Source: Nitrospira sp. (GTDB taxonomy: Bacteria > Nitrospirota > Nitrospiria > Nitrospirales > Nitrospiraceae). From it: a stretch of DNA of 64,000 nucleotides. The stretch spans positions 2,528,001 through 2,592,000 of the forward strand of contig AP038806.1 of assembly GCA_047150005.1 (NCBI GenBank), written 5' to 3'. Within the stretch, counting starts at the first letter, position 1, and each line of letters starts with the position of its first letter. Made by a program: the position numbers and the translations under genes. The notes under the pieces are model-generated. The model worked only from the letters and a program-made list of their open reading frames with translations. It did not search any database and had not been told where the DNA came from. Below, piece after piece: positions 11,418 to 23,304 of the stretch.

Positions 11418-12965
11418 ATGACCCGTATGATCAGGATTTTTGATACAACTTTACGCGATGGAGAGCAATCTCCCGGGGCCAGCATGAACGTCGAAGAAAA
11501 AGTCATGGTGGCGAAGCAGCTGGCGCGCCTGGGTGTCGACATCATTGAGGCGGGATTCGCCTACAGCTCTCCCGGGGATTTCGAAGCCGTGCATCGGATT
11601 GCCCAGGAAGTGGAAGGTCCGACGATCTGCAGTCTGGCCCGTGCCCGCCCCGAGGATATTGAACGAGCCTGGGAAGCGCTGAAGGGTGCGCCTAAGGTGC
11701 GCATCCACACGTTTCTTTCGGCCTCGGACATCCATTTGAAGCATCAATTCAGAATGACGCGGGAAGAGGCGAAGAAACGGGCGGTGGCGATGGTCCAACT
11801 GGCCAGGAGCTATGTCGAGGATGTCGAATTCTCTCCAATGGACGCCAGCCGCTCTGATCCTTCGTACCTGTATGAGGTCATTGAGGCCGTCATTGCCGCG
11901 GGCGCCGGCACGATCAACATTCCCGACACCGTAGGGTATGCGGTGCCGCAAGAGTTCGGCAAGCTCATCCGGGGAATCCGTGAAGCCGTACCCAACAGCA
12001 GCCGGGCCGTGATTTCAGTGCATTGCCACAATGACCTTGGATTGGCGGTGGCCAATAGCTTGGCGGCCGTCATGGAAGGGGCCGGTCAGGTGGAATGTAC
12101 GGTCAACGGCATCGGTGAGCGTGCCGGCAATACGTCGTTGGAAGAAGTCGTGATGGGATTGCGAACGAGGAAAGATTGGTATCAGGCGGATACACAAATC
12201 CGAACGGAGGAGATCTCGAAGACCAGTCGGTTGGTGAGCAAGACCACCGGCATGGTCGTGCAACCCAACAAGGCCATCGTCGGCGCAAATGCCTTCGCGC
12301 ACACGTCGGGCATTCATCAGGACGGCCTGCTGAAAGACAAGACCACGTACGAAATCATGAGGCCGGAATCGGTCGGCTTGGTCGAGAGCAAGATGGTGAT
12401 GGGTAAACTATCGGGGCGTCACGCGTTTCGTCAGCGGATCGAGGAACTGGGACATACGCTGACGGATGAGGAGATCAACCACGCCTTCGAGCGGTTCAAG
12501 AAGTTGGCGGACCAGAAGAAGGAGATCTACGAAGAAGACCTTGAGGTCATCGTCTCCGAAGAATTGGCCAAGATGGCTGATCGGATCACGCTGAAATCGT
12601 TTCGCGTCGAAAGTGGAACCAATCAGGTGCCGACCGCGACCGTCGAACTGGAAATCGACGGGAAAGCGGTCACCCGTACCGGTACCGGGGACGGACCTGT
12701 CGATGCAGTCTATCGGACCATTGCCGCCATCACGTCGACCAAGAGCACGTTGTTGATGTATGTGGTCAAAGCCATTACGGGCGGGACCGACGCGCAGGGA
12801 GAAGTCTCCGTGCGGGTGCAGGAAGACGGTCGAACCGTATCAGGGCACGGAGCCGACACCGACATCATTACCGCCTCTGCCCGCGCGTACCTGAGCGCGT
12901 TGAATAAACTGGCGTATCTGCGGGCCAAACAGGTGCAGGGCGAGCAGAAAGTGAACTTGATTTGA
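11418..12965 (+). CDS. leuA: 2-isopropylmalate synthase
   Basis: [23 protein letters not shown]-terminal regulatory domain GDGPVDA. Confidence 0.98.
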   Translation: MTRMIRIFDTTLRDGEQSPGASMNVEEKVMVAKQLARLGVDIIEAGFAYSSPGDFEAVHRIAQEVEGPTICSLARARPEDIERAWEALKGAPKVRIHTFLSASDIHLKHQFRMTREEAKKRAVAMVQLARSYVEDVEFSPMDASRSDPSYLYEVIEAVIAAGAGTINIPDTVGYAVPQEFGKLIRGIREAVPNSSRAVISVHCHNDLGLAVANSLAAVMEGAGQVECTVNGIGERAGNTSLEEVVMGLRTRKDWYQADTQIRTEEISKTSRLVSKTTGMVVQPNKAIVGANAFAHTSGIHQDGLLKDKTTYEIMRPESVGLVESKMVMGKLSGRHAFRQRIEELGHTLTDEEINHAFERFKKLADQKKEIYEEDLEVIVSEELAKMADRITLKSFRVESGTNQVPTATVELEIDGKAVTRTGTGDGPVDAVYRTIAAITSTKSTLLMYVVKAITGGTDAQGEVSVRVQEDGRTVSGHGADTDIITASARAYLSALNKLAYLRAKQVQGEQKVNLI

Positions 12966-13026
12966 CGGGGGACGCACGGTAGAGTGATCGACTCACTGAG
13001 CCTTGCCGCGGAGAGGGGAGCGGTCC

Positions 13027-13389
13027 GTGTTGAAGGTCACGCTTTCGGAGCGTCCGGAATTTTTGGCCGGAGACCATACCCGACTTCGCGAAATCTTCCA
13101 CCCAGCCAAGCATCATCTGCAACTGGGATATAGCCTCGCGCACGGGACTCTGGGACCAGGCCAGCGCTCCAAGCGGCACGTCCTGAAGTCGTCCGAGGTG
13201 TACTACTTTATTGCCGGCAGAGGGCGATTTCTACTCAATAGCCGGGAGGTGCCGGTCGAAGCAGGCACGACGCTATATGTCCCGCCAGGCGGCGAGCAGT
13301 CACTGGAGAATACGGGGGATCAAGCGATCGAATTTTTGTGCCTGGTTGATCCGGCGTGGAAAGTGGAAGACGAGCAGGTGGTGGAGTAA
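13027..13389 (+). CDS. Cupin-domain protein
   Basis: [13 protein letters not shown]...[14 protein letters not shown] cupin motifs. Confidence 0.85.
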   Translation: MLKVTLSERPEFLAGDHTRLREIFHPAKHHLQLGYSLAHGTLGPGQRSKRHVLKSSEVYYFIAGRGRFLLNSREVPVEAGTTLYVPPGGEQSLENTGDQAIEFLCLVDPAWKVEDEQVVE

Positions 13390-13417
13390 TGCCTGTCAGC
13401 CAAAGGAGTCGAATGAC

Positions 13418-14491
13418 GTGAAAGCCAAGATTGCGGTGCTTGCCGGTGACGGTGTTGGTCGAGAAATTGTTCCCGAAGCGGTCAAAGCGCTGAAGGTCGT
13501 GGCGGAAAAATTCGGCCACACGTTCGAATTCGCCTATGGCGACGTGGGAGGGCAGGCGATCGACAAAGTCGGAGTGCCTCTGCCGCAGGACACCTTGGCC
13601 ATGGCCAAACAAAGTGATGCGGTGCTGTTGGGTGCCGTGGGCGGCCCCAAGTGGGAAGGGCTCGAGTATAGTTTGCGACCCGAACGTGCGCTGCTTGGGC
13701 TTCGCGAACAGCTCGGACTGTTTGCCAATCTTCGGCCGGCCAAGCTGTATGATGTCCTGGCTGATGCGTCCACCCTCAAGAAGGAAGTGATCGAGGGAAT
13801 CGACATCTTGGTAATCCGTGAATTGACCGGCGGAATCTACTTCGGCAAACCGAAAGGGATCGAGGCTCTGCCGAACGGCGGTGAGCGCGGGGTGAACACG
13901 GAAGTCTATACGACGGAGGAGATTCGTCGAATCGCCAGAGTAGCGTTCGAAGCGGCCCGCAGGCGGCGCAAGAAAGTGACTTCCGTGGACAAGGCCAACG
14001 TCCTGGAATCATCGGAACTCTGGAGGCGGGTGGTGATCGAGGTGCAGAAAGATTTTCCCGACGTGGAGCTCAATCACATCTATGTCGACAACGCCGCGAT
14101 GCAGTTGGTCAGAAATCCGAGGCAGTTCGACGTCATGCTCTGCAACAATATGTTCGGCGACATTCTCAGTGACGAGGCCGCCATGCTGACGGGATCCATC
14201 GGCATGCTGCCGTCGGCGAGCATCGGCGCGCAGGTCGGCCTGTTTGAACCCATTCACGGCAGCGCCCCCGACATTGCCGGCAAGAACATCGCCAACCCGA
14301 TCGCGACCATCGCATCAGCTGCCATGTTGCTGTCGTATGCGTTCAAGCTGGACCGGGAGGCCCAGGCAATTGAAGAGGCTATCGTGAAGACGCTGGATCT
14401 GGGGTATCGCACGAAGGACATCCATAGCGCCGGTGCTCGGCTTGTCGGAACCACGGACATGGGTGAAGCCGTCGTTCGGAACCTCAAGTAA
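13418..14491 (+). CDS. leuB: 3-isopropylmalate dehydrogenase
   Basis: [46 protein letters not shown]. Confidence 0.98.
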   Translation: MKAKIAVLAGDGVGREIVPEAVKALKVVAEKFGHTFEFAYGDVGGQAIDKVGVPLPQDTLAMAKQSDAVLLGAVGGPKWEGLEYSLRPERALLGLREQLGLFANLRPAKLYDVLADASTLKKEVIEGIDILVIRELTGGIYFGKPKGIEALPNGGERGVNTEVYTTEEIRRIARVAFEAARRRRKKVTSVDKANVLESSELWRRVVIEVQKDFPDVELNHIYVDNAAMQLVRNPRQFDVMLCNNMFGDILSDEAAMLTGSIGMLPSASIGAQVGLFEPIHGSAPDIAGKNIANPIATIASAAMLLSYAFKLDREAQAIEEAIVKTLDLGYRTKDIHSAGARLVGTTDMGEAVVRNLK

Positions 14492-14505
14492 TCCGGGACG
14501 ATCTG

Positions 14506-15714
14506 ATGCGTACAGAAATGAAGCCAAAGACCGGCGTTATCAACACGGTTGCCGGGATGGGGGACGGAGCGATGTCGGGCGACGGCGGTCCCGGCGTAGC
14601 GGCTTGTCTGAACGAACCGAAATCGGTGGCCTTCGACGGCCATGGTAATCTCATCATCGTAGATTCGGAGAACCATGTTATCCGCAAGCTCGACCGGGTG
14701 AGCGGAGTCATCGTGACGGTCGCAGGCTGTACCGAACCGGCACAGCGTCGAGCAGAGGAGGTCCAGTCCGACGGCAAAGGGACCTCCGGCGATGAGGATC
14801 CGTTGGCGGAGCAGACTTCTGGCCATGAAGCATTCGCGCACCAGACCGATTTGAGCGGGACCGTCCGGTACGTCATCAACAGCGGAGGACCGTCGATGCG
14901 ATTCGGCGGCGATGGCGGCCTGGCCATCAAGGCGTTGCTGAATTTTCCTACGGCAGCCGCCGTCGATGCGGCTGGACATTTGTATATTGCCGATACCATG
15001 AACCATCGGATCCGGCGAGTCGATGCAGACTCAGGTCGAATCACCACGATCGCTGGGGTGGGGCAACCTCGATTTAGTGGAGACGGCGGGCTGGCGGCCT
15101 CGGCGGGCCTGAGTGAACCGAGCGCCCTTGCTATAACCGATTCGTCGATACTCTATGTAGCGGATCAGAACAATAACCGGGTCAGAGCCATAGATCTTCG
15201 TACGGGCCTGATCCGGACGGTCGCCGGAACCGGCGCTGCAGCATACAACGGGGATGGGATTCCTGCCATCGAGGCGGCATTGGCGGGTCCGAGCGGTCTG
15301 GCCGTCGGAGTGGACGGCACCCTGTTTATTGCCGATACCTTCAACGGCCGAATTCGCTCCGTCGATCCCAGTACCGGTACAATTCAGACCATCGTCGGAG
15401 ACGGAGGGATGTATCGTTACCAGGGGGCAACTGAGCCCGCCTCGACCAGCTTGGCCCGGCCGTATGGAATTGCGCTGGACGCCGAAGGCCATCTCTTCCT
15501 CTCTGATTCAGACAACCATCTCATCCGGCGGTGGGATCGTGCAACAGGTCGCCTGGATCGTCTGGCGGGGATAGGGATGGCCACGTACGGAGGGGATGGA
15601 GGATCGGCGCTCGACGCCGGTCTGAATTATCCTTTCGGGATTGCCGTGGCTGCAGATGGAGCGCTGGTCATCGCCGACACCTTTAACCATCGGATTCGTG
15701 AAATTGTCCTGTAA
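14506..15714 (+). CDS. NHL-repeat beta-propeller protein
   Basis: Repeated GDGGxA..LxxP...lyiADTxNHRIR units. Confidence 0.88.
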   Translation: MRTEMKPKTGVINTVAGMGDGAMSGDGGPGVAACLNEPKSVAFDGHGNLIIVDSENHVIRKLDRVSGVIVTVAGCTEPAQRRAEEVQSDGKGTSGDEDPLAEQTSGHEAFAHQTDLSGTVRYVINSGGPSMRFGGDGGLAIKALLNFPTAAAVDAAGHLYIADTMNHRIRRVDADSGRITTIAGVGQPRFSGDGGLAASAGLSEPSALAITDSSILYVADQNNNRVRAIDLRTGLIRTVAGTGAAAYNGDGIPAIEAALAGPSGLAVGVDGTLFIADTFNGRIRSVDPSTGTIQTIVGDGGMYRYQGATEPASTSLARPYGIALDAEGHLFLSDSDNHLIRRWDRATGRLDRLAGIGMATYGGDGGSALDAGLNYPFGIAVAADGALVIADTFNHRIREIVL

Positions 15715-15726
15715 CCGACGGAGTGC

Positions 15727-16749
15727 ATGGTGAAGAAGAAATCGAAGTACGTCCTGGGCATTCTCGGTGCGACGGGAGCTGTGGGAAAGGAAACGCTGGA
15801 CATTCTCGATGAGCGAAAATTTCCTCTGGAAGCCTTGCGGCTGTTTGCGTCAAAACGATCCGCCGGTGAAGTGTTGTCCTGCCAGGGGCGGGAGTGGAAA
15901 GTGGAGGAATTGACGCCGGATGCCTCTTTCGCCGGAATGGATATTGCCCTGATTTCCGCGACGGATGCCATCAGTCGCGAGTACGGAGCCCGGTTGAGCG
16001 CGGCCGGTGTTCTCGTCATCGACGATAGCGGAGTCTTCCGCATGGAAGACGACGTCCCGCTCGTGGTTCCAGAAGTGAATCGGCACGCGTTGAGGTCGAT
16101 GCCCCGCCGAATCGTGTCGATTCCAAACTGTACGACGACGCCGTTGGTCATGGCGCTGAAGCCACTGCAGGAGGCGGCTGGAATCAAGCGGGTTGTGGTT
16201 ACGACGTTCCAGTCCGTTTCCGGGACCGGGGCGGCGGCGATGGACGAACTGATGAATCAGACCAGAAACCTCATGGCTTTTCGTGAGGTCAAGGCGGAGG
16301 TGTATCCATATCAGATCGCCTTCAATCTGTTGCCGCATATCGGATCGTTCAACGAGGGTGGTGATTGTTCCGAAGAGATCAAGATCATGCGGGAGACGAG
16401 AAAAATTCTGGAAGCACCCGCGCTCCGTCTCACCGCTACGACCGTGCGTGTCCCGGTGCTGCGATGTCATTCAGAGGCCATCAATGTGGAGTTGGAGCGT
16501 CCTCTGAAGCCTCATGACGCGAGGGCAGCGTTGGCCGAGATGCCCGGGGTGCTGATATACGATGATCCGTCGAGAAAGCTTTACCCGATGCCGTTGGATG
16601 CCACTGGGAAGGACGACGTGTTCGTCGGCCGGATCAGGGAAGACGAGTCAACTGCCAACGGATTGAATCTCTGGGTGGTTTCGGACAATCTGCGGAAGGG
16701 AGCCGCTCTCAACGCCGTACAGATTGCCGAGTGCTTGATGGAGCACTGA
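15727..16749 (+). CDS. asd: Aspartate-semialdehyde dehydrogenase
   Basis: GATGAVG, PNCTT, QSVSGTG, DNLRKGAALNAVQIAE. Confidence 0.97.
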   Translation: MVKKKSKYVLGILGATGAVGKETLDILDERKFPLEALRLFASKRSAGEVLSCQGREWKVEELTPDASFAGMDIALISATDAISREYGARLSAAGVLVIDDSGVFRMEDDVPLVVPEVNRHALRSMPRRIVSIPNCTTTPLVMALKPLQEAAGIKRVVVTTFQSVSGTGAAAMDELMNQTRNLMAFREVKAEVYPYQIAFNLLPHIGSFNEGGDCSEEIKIMRETRKILEAPALRLTATTVRVPVLRCHSEAINVELERPLKPHDARAALAEMPGVLIYDDPSRKLYPMPLDATGKDDVFVGRIREDESTANGLNLWVVSDNLRKGAALNAVQIAECLMEH

Positions 16750-17003
16750 TGGCGGAATGGGTAAACCTCGGGAAAGTGCTGCTTGGGGTCGGCGCGCTCA
16801 TCGCGTTGGCGGGGGTGCTTTTGCTAATCTCCGACCGCGTGCCCGGCCTCGGGAGCGTTCTTAGTCTGTTCGGGCGCCTGCCGGGGGATATCTCCTTCAA
16901 GCGAGACAGTTTCAGCCTCTATATCCCTCTCGGCACCAGCCTTGTGCTCAGCATCCTCCTAAGTTTGGTATTCTATCTCCTGTCATGGATGCTTCGCCGT
17001 TGA
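16749..17003 (+). CDS. DUF2905-like small membrane protein
   Basis: GRLPGDI motif between two TM helices. Confidence 0.85.
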   Translation: MAEWVNLGKVLLGVGALIALAGVLLLISDRVPGLGSVLSLFGRLPGDISFKRDSFSLYIPLGTSLVLSILLSLVFYLLSWMLRR

Positions 17004-18220
17004 TCCCGATACGCCGATGGAGTGTGGCGATCGTGCTCGGGATCGCACTGACCCTCGATACGACGTCGCTGCAGGCCGCGCAATCCTTGCGCGTTCTTCT
17101 TGCGGCCGATGTGGTGAAGCTCGACGTCCAGTCGAATGGTTCCGTCTGGGTGTCCGATTCCACTCGCCACGGGAGGGCAGTCCGACCGCTCATTCGAATC
17201 GTGCCGTCCGGAAAGGGGTTTGCCGTCAATGGCGTCCGGATGATGCGCGAGCAATTGACGTTACAAGGGGAGCAGGGATTGACACTCACCTTTGTCACAT
17301 CGGACGGAACTGCGGGCGCGGCGGAGCGGGGAATGATCAAGACGGCGACGATCCAGCGTGTCACGGTTCCCGTGAGCGGCCTTGTGCACGTCATTCGGCG
17401 AGGCGGGGGCGCTTTGGTCATCAATCAGGTTGACTTGGAAGAATATGTCAAAGGTGTCGTTCCGGCGGAGGTGAACTCGTCCTGGCATCCGGAAATGCTC
17501 AAGGCGCAGGCGGTGGCGGCCAGGACCTACGCACTGTACCAGCAGATGCTCAGTGCCAGCCGTGACTACGATGTCGTGGCCAGCGTGCAGGACCAGGTTT
17601 ATCGTGGGAAGCAGGGCATCGATAGGGCGGTATTGAAGGCAGTCGAAGAGACGAGAGGGTTGGTGCTCACGTACCAGGGGGCACCGATTTACGCGGCTTT
17701 TTCCTCAACCGCTGCCGGCCTGACCGAAGATGCGGTCAATGTGTGGTCCAAGGACTATCCTTATCTCAAGGGAGTCGAATGTCCCTTTGATCTCGCCTCT
17801 CCCTATTACCAATGGACGGCTTCGTTCCGGAGAGAACTGCTCGAGCAGAATCTTCGCCAACAGGGATTCCCGGTTGGGACCGTCACCGCGCTGACTCCGT
17901 CGTCGTTTAGTCGGGGTGGGCGGGTCGCGACTTTGCGTGTCGTCCATACGGAAGGGGAGCTCATATTACGGGGAGAAGAGTTACGCAAGGCTGTCGGGTA
18001 CATGGTGATCCCGAGCACGCAATTTACGGTCGAGTCCGTGGAGTCGGAGATCGTCCTGTCCGGTTATGGAGCAGGTCACGCGGTCGGGATGTGTCAATGG
18101 GGCGCCAAAGAGTTGGCCGAGTTGGGCTATCCCTTCTCCACCATCTTGAGCTATTATTATCCCGATACGCAATTGCAAGACATGGCGTTGACGAAGGCGC
18201 CGATCCCTCCCTCCTCTTGA
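16985..18220 (+). CDS. SpoIID/LytB-domain protein
   Basis: LEEYVKGVVPAE, LKAQAVAARTY, DQVYRG, GHAVGMCQWGA. Confidence 0.92.
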   Translation: MDASPLIPIRRWSVAIVLGIALTLDTTSLQAAQSLRVLLAADVVKLDVQSNGSVWVSDSTRHGRAVRPLIRIVPSGKGFAVNGVRMMREQLTLQGEQGLTLTFVTSDGTAGAAERGMIKTATIQRVTVPVSGLVHVIRRGGGALVINQVDLEEYVKGVVPAEVNSSWHPEMLKAQAVAARTYALYQQMLSASRDYDVVASVQDQVYRGKQGIDRAVLKAVEETRGLVLTYQGAPIYAAFSSTAAGLTEDAVNVWSKDYPYLKGVECPFDLASPYYQWTASFRRELLEQNLRQQGFPVGTVTALTPSSFSRGGRVATLRVVHTEGELILRGEELRKAVGYMVIPSTQFTVESVESEIVLSGYGAGHAVGMCQWGAKELAELGYPFSTILSYYYPDTQLQDMALTKAPIPPSS

Positions 18221-19254
18221 TGCAGGTCGCGGAGTTCGATTTTCCTTTTGATCCGACGCTCATTGCGTCCGAACCCATCCTTCCGCGGGATCAGGCAAGG
18301 CTATTGGTCTTGTCGCCGAGCCATCATTCGCATCAGTCGATGATGCACCGTCGAGTCGCGGATCTCCCTTATCTCTTGACTCCCGGTGATCTGATCGTCG
18401 TCAATGACACGAAAGTGTTGCCGGTTCGTCTTTCAGGCCGAAAACAGCCGGCGGGGAAACCCGTCGACATCCTGTTCGTCCGAGAAGTCGCGGAGCGTCT
18501 ATGGGAGGTCTTAATCAAAGGCCGGCTCCGGCCGGGTCAGAGAATCGACTTGGGGTCCGATGGCGGCGTCGTGGTTCAGTCACGGGACAATGTTCGGACG
18601 GTGGTCCGTCTCGATTGCCCGATGTCGCCGCGTGAATTCTTCGCACGCTGGGGCATGATGCCGCTCCCACCATACATCAACCGGCAACCCGACAATATGG
18701 ATCGCGAGTGGTATCAAACCGTGTTCGCCCAGGAGGAAGGAGCGATTGCGGCGCCGACTGCCGGGCTTCACTTTACGCCGGAACTGTTGGCCCGACTCAA
18801 CCAAGCGGGGGTGGGCGTGGCGAGGGTTACCCTGCACGTGGGCATCGGGACGTTCAAGCCCGTCACGGCTGACCATGTCGAGGATCATCGGATGGGTTCG
18901 GAATGGTTCGAGGTCGGACCGGAGACGGTCCAGGCCATCGAACACGCCAAGGAGAGAGGCGGAAGGGTCGTGGCGGTCGGCACGACCGTCGTGCGCGCGT
19001 TGGAAACGGCGGCCTCTCGGCAAGACGGATTGCGTCCCGAACGGGGAGAGACAAGCCTCTTCATCACCCCCGGATTCTCCTTTCGAGTCGTCGATGCTCT
19101 GATGACCAACTTTCATCTCCCCAAGACGACGCTGCTCATGCTGGTGTCGGCCTTTGCCGGGACGTCATTGCTGCGCCGAGCCTATGATGAGGCCGTCCGA
19201 GAGCGATACCGGTTCTACAGTTACGGAGACGCCATGCTGATACTGAAACCTTGA
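18220..19254 (+). CDS. queA: S-adenosylmethionine:tRNA ribosyltransferase-isomerase
   Basis: PLPPYI, AAPTAGLHF, AVGTTVVRALE, TNFHLP, YRFYSYGD. Confidence 0.97.
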   Translation: MQVAEFDFPFDPTLIASEPILPRDQARLLVLSPSHHSHQSMMHRRVADLPYLLTPGDLIVVNDTKVLPVRLSGRKQPAGKPVDILFVREVAERLWEVLIKGRLRPGQRIDLGSDGGVVVQSRDNVRTVVRLDCPMSPREFFARWGMMPLPPYINRQPDNMDREWYQTVFAQEEGAIAAPTAGLHFTPELLARLNQAGVGVARVTLHVGIGTFKPVTADHVEDHRMGSEWFEVGPETVQAIEHAKERGGRVVAVGTTVVRALETAASRQDGLRPERGETSLFITPGFSFRVVDALMTNFHLPKTTLLMLVSAFAGTSLLRRAYDEAVRERYRFYSYGDAMLILKP

Positions 19255-19427
19255 CGGTGTCAGTCGATGGTGTCGTCGTCCGGTCCCGGTTGTGTTTGGT
19301 CAGGCCCTTGCCAATTTACAGAGCTCAGGATGAAATGCGATTTCCCGCCAACCGTCGGCGTCCAAGTCGACGAAGAAGCACGGTTCGTCACGATGGGAGA
19401 TATCCAAATATCCGAGGAGGATCGCCG

Positions 19428-20126
19428 TTACAGCAGTTCGCGATGAATCGTAATGGGGATGGTGGCCTTCAAGGATTGCGTGTACGCCGTGAGCGCGCGC
19501 TGCTGCTTTTGAAACAACACGTCCTGAATGGCACGATCCTTCGCAGCCGCCGCCTTGGCGGGGTCGGACTCGGGTTGCCTGATCGTGAGCGCCTGCGCTT
19601 CGGCCAACTCGGCGGGTGTGAGCGTGACCGCTTCGCTGATCATCATTCTCGCCCGATTGCCGAGCAGTTCCTTGGCTTCGATGGCCTCGAAAAGCGCAGG
19701 CGTCAGGTGATTGGCCGCCAGAAGGCGTTGATAGAGGTCGGGGTCGAAGACTCCGTTTTTCTGAAAATCCGGAATCTGCATGATCGCATCACGGAGATCC
19801 GCGTCGCTCACGGTCAACCCCATGTTCTTAGCCGCCACGAGCCAGACTCGATTGTCGATCAGTTGCTCGACCACGACCTGCTTAATGGTCTCGTCTTTGA
19901 ACTCACCTGGCAGCTTGTCCTTGTAAAATCGGTACGAATTCTCATAGGCCCGCCTGAACTCGTCATGGGATACCGTGAGATCTCCGACGGCCGCCACAAC
20001 CGAGCCGTGCTGGTCTCCGAACCCCCACCACCCCATCGTGATCACGAAGGCGACGGCCAGAATTCCCATGATCGACTTGAGCAACCACGGATAGTTGTGG
20101 GAGGCCTCTCTCATCAACTTGATCAT
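19428..20126 (-). CDS. SurA N-terminal-domain (PpiD-like) periplasmic chaperone
   Basis: N-terminal TM anchor, VAAVGD..S..EF, GLTVSD, F.K.G.FD..LY. Confidence 0.8.
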   Translation of the reverse strand: MIKLMREASHNYPWLLKSIMGILAVAFVITMGWWGFGDQHGSVVAAVGDLTVSHDEFRRAYENSYRFYKDKLPGEFKDETIKQVVVEQLIDNRVWLVAAKNMGLTVSDADLRDAIMQIPDFQKNGVFDPDLYQRLLAANHLTPALFEAIEAKELLGNRARMMISEAVTLTPAELAEAQALTIRQPESDPAKAAAAKDRAIQDVLFQKQQRALTAYTQSLKATIPITIHRELL

Positions 20127-20331
20127 GTCGGCTCCTGCTGAATTTTACAGAGATGAATTGTACAGAGCCGTTTGTGCGATGGCAAGTATGGAGATCACGG
20201 GTCCAGTCGGAAAACATTCGGCGACCTGAGAGGCAGACGATCCGTCGATTCTAGGAAGTGGGGGTTTATGCTTTCGTTTGTGCTAGGTAGTCGGATTTGT
20301 TATACTTTGCCACGAATTGTAGGGAGATTTC

Positions 20332-20796
20332 TTGGCTGCCGAGTCTCGTGAGGTTCATCTCTTCGGTTTCAATGCCGGGATGTATCCGAAAGCGCAGGTC
20401 CTCAATCGATTCATTGCCAAGTTGATCGACCTATTCATTGTGGCAGGCGCGGCAAGCCTGATCGATCCCGTCGGGTTCCTTGCGGGACTCGCGTATGTCC
20501 TGGTGGGAGATGGGTTTGCCGGCGGTCGCAGCATCGGAAAGCGGCTCATCGGTCTCCAAACGATCCTCCCCGATACACGTGTGACGGCGGGATTCAGGGA
20601 ATCGATTATTCGCAATGTGCCGTTCGCAGTCGCCCAGATGGCGTTCATGGTCCCGTACGTAGGATGGATTCTGTCGGCCGTGATCATCGCATTTGAGGCC
20701 GTCCTCATCATCGGGAATGAACAGGGCCGACGCATCGGCGACGAATTGGCAGGTACCCAGGTGTTGGACGTCGGACGTTTCGCACTGCCGGATTAA
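20332..20796 (+). CDS. RDD family membrane protein
   Basis: RFIAKLID, SIGKRLIGL, RRIGDELAGT. Confidence 0.85.
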   Translation: MAAESREVHLFGFNAGMYPKAQVLNRFIAKLIDLFIVAGAASLIDPVGFLAGLAYVLVGDGFAGGRSIGKRLIGLQTILPDTRVTAGFRESIIRNVPFAVAQMAFMVPYVGWILSAVIIAFEAVLIIGNEQGRRIGDELAGTQVLDVGRFALPD

Positions 20797-21894
<1,098 letters not shown>

Positions 21895-21908
21895 AGGTTC
21901 CATCCCTA

Positions 21909-22784
21909 ATGTGGATGGCCACGTTGCGTGCTCCCTATAATGCTCGACGTCTTGCGCTAGGAGGCTTCGCCCTGCTGCTCCTGGTGCTGTTCCTCTTCCC
22001 CTCACAAAGTCAGGGTGTGCTCCAATACCTCGACGGTCCTGTGGGACAGGTCGTCCGTATTCCGCTAGAAGTGGTGGTATCCATCGATCAGGGCATTTCA
22101 GGGGTCTGGCACAGCTATATCGCTCTTCAGGGCGTTCAGGCAGAAAATGAACAGCTACGGCAGGATATCGAGTGGTTGAAGGGACAGAACACCCAGCTGC
22201 GGGAGGCCGCAGCGGCGACGGAGCGATTGACGGCGCTCCTGCACTTCAAGGAACAAGCATTGCCCACCGTGGTCGCCGCGCAAGTGATCGGGAGAGATGC
22301 GACGAGTTGGTATCGCTCGGTGATTCTGAATAAGGGCGAAAGCGACGGGATCAAGCCCGATATGGGGGTGATCACTCCCGCCGGCGTCGTCGGACGAGTC
22401 GTGAAGACGAACAGCGCGACATCCGTCGTATTGCTGGTGACGGATCCCAACAACGCCATCGCCGGGTTGATTCAGCGGACGCGGGATGAAGGCATCGTCG
22501 AAGGAACCCAACAGGGCCTGGCCAAGCTCAAGTATATCCCGATGCTTTCAAGCGTTCGAAGCGGCGATCGTGTGATCACTTCGGGCCTTGTCGGCGGCTT
22601 CCCGAGAGGTCTAGCTCTCGGCACCATCAGCCGGATCGACAAGGAGGAAGGCGCTTTGTTTCAGTCGGCCGAGCTGACGCCGGAAGTGGATGTCGGCAGG
22701 CTTGAAGAGGTGCTGGTGATCCAAGCCCCCTACGGCGTATCCGTACAAGGGAGCGACAAGAATGCGTCGGTAGGCAAACCGTGA
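21909..22784 (+). CDS. mreC: Rod shape-determining protein MreC
   Basis: TM plus coiled coil, LNKG..DG, TSGL.G.FP.G; synteny. Confidence 0.95.
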   Translation: MWMATLRAPYNARRLALGGFALLLLVLFLFPSQSQGVLQYLDGPVGQVVRIPLEVVVSIDQGISGVWHSYIALQGVQAENEQLRQDIEWLKGQNTQLREAAAATERLTALLHFKEQALPTVVAAQVIGRDATSWYRSVILNKGESDGIKPDMGVITPAGVVGRVVKTNSATSVVLLVTDPNNAIAGLIQRTRDEGIVEGTQQGLAKLKYIPMLSSVRSGDRVITSGLVGGFPRGLALGTISRIDKEEGALFQSAELTPEVDVGRLEEVLVIQAPYGVSVQGSDKNASVGKP

Positions 22785-23281
22785 AGATCCTCATGTACAG
22801 TATCGTCATCCTGTTGTTGGTGCCGCTGCAGACCACGCTGCTTCCGCATGTGAGCATTTGGGGGTTGACGCCGGACGTCGGACTGGCCGTGGCGGCGCTG
22901 ATAGGGCTCTTTGCCGGTGAACTGGAGGGGCTCGTCGTCGGGCTGGCCATCGGGTGGATTTTGAACATGTATTCCGCCGGCGACCTATGGGTCAGTCTCG
23001 TCACCAAGGGCGGAGTAGGACTGTTGGCGGGTTTATTTGGGCAGCACGTAGCCCATGTGACTCCGACGGTCGTGTCGGTGGGGCTCCTCATCTTTTCTGC
23101 CGTCGGCGGAACGATGGTGGTTTTGACCATGAAGAGTGCCATCGGGACCGATCTCTGGTGGATGATCCAGTCCATGGTACTTCCACAAGCATGTTTGGAC
23201 GCGGTGGCCGGAGCGGGGCTCTTTTACGTGGCGAACCAGCGGCTGGCCGGCGACCGCGTGTTGCTGTCTGACCGATTGTAG
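22781..23281 (+). CDS. mreD: Rod shape-determining protein MreD
   Basis: Hydrophobic 166 aa, PD motif, between mreC and mrdA. Confidence 0.8.
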   Translation: MKILMYSIVILLLVPLQTTLLPHVSIWGLTPDVGLAVAALIGLFAGELEGLVVGLAIGWILNMYSAGDLWVSLVTKGGVGLLAGLFGQHVAHVTPTVVSVGLLIFSAVGGTMVVLTMKSAIGTDLWWMIQSMVLPQACLDAVAGAGLFYVANQRLAGDRVLLSDRL

Positions 23282-23304
23282 ATGGCGGATTGATTCGACA
23301 GGCC

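Noticed and set aside
11107..11421. Leader peptide ORF upstream of leuA
   Set aside because: Overlaps the T-box and repeat; no Leu-codon run typical of attenuator peptides
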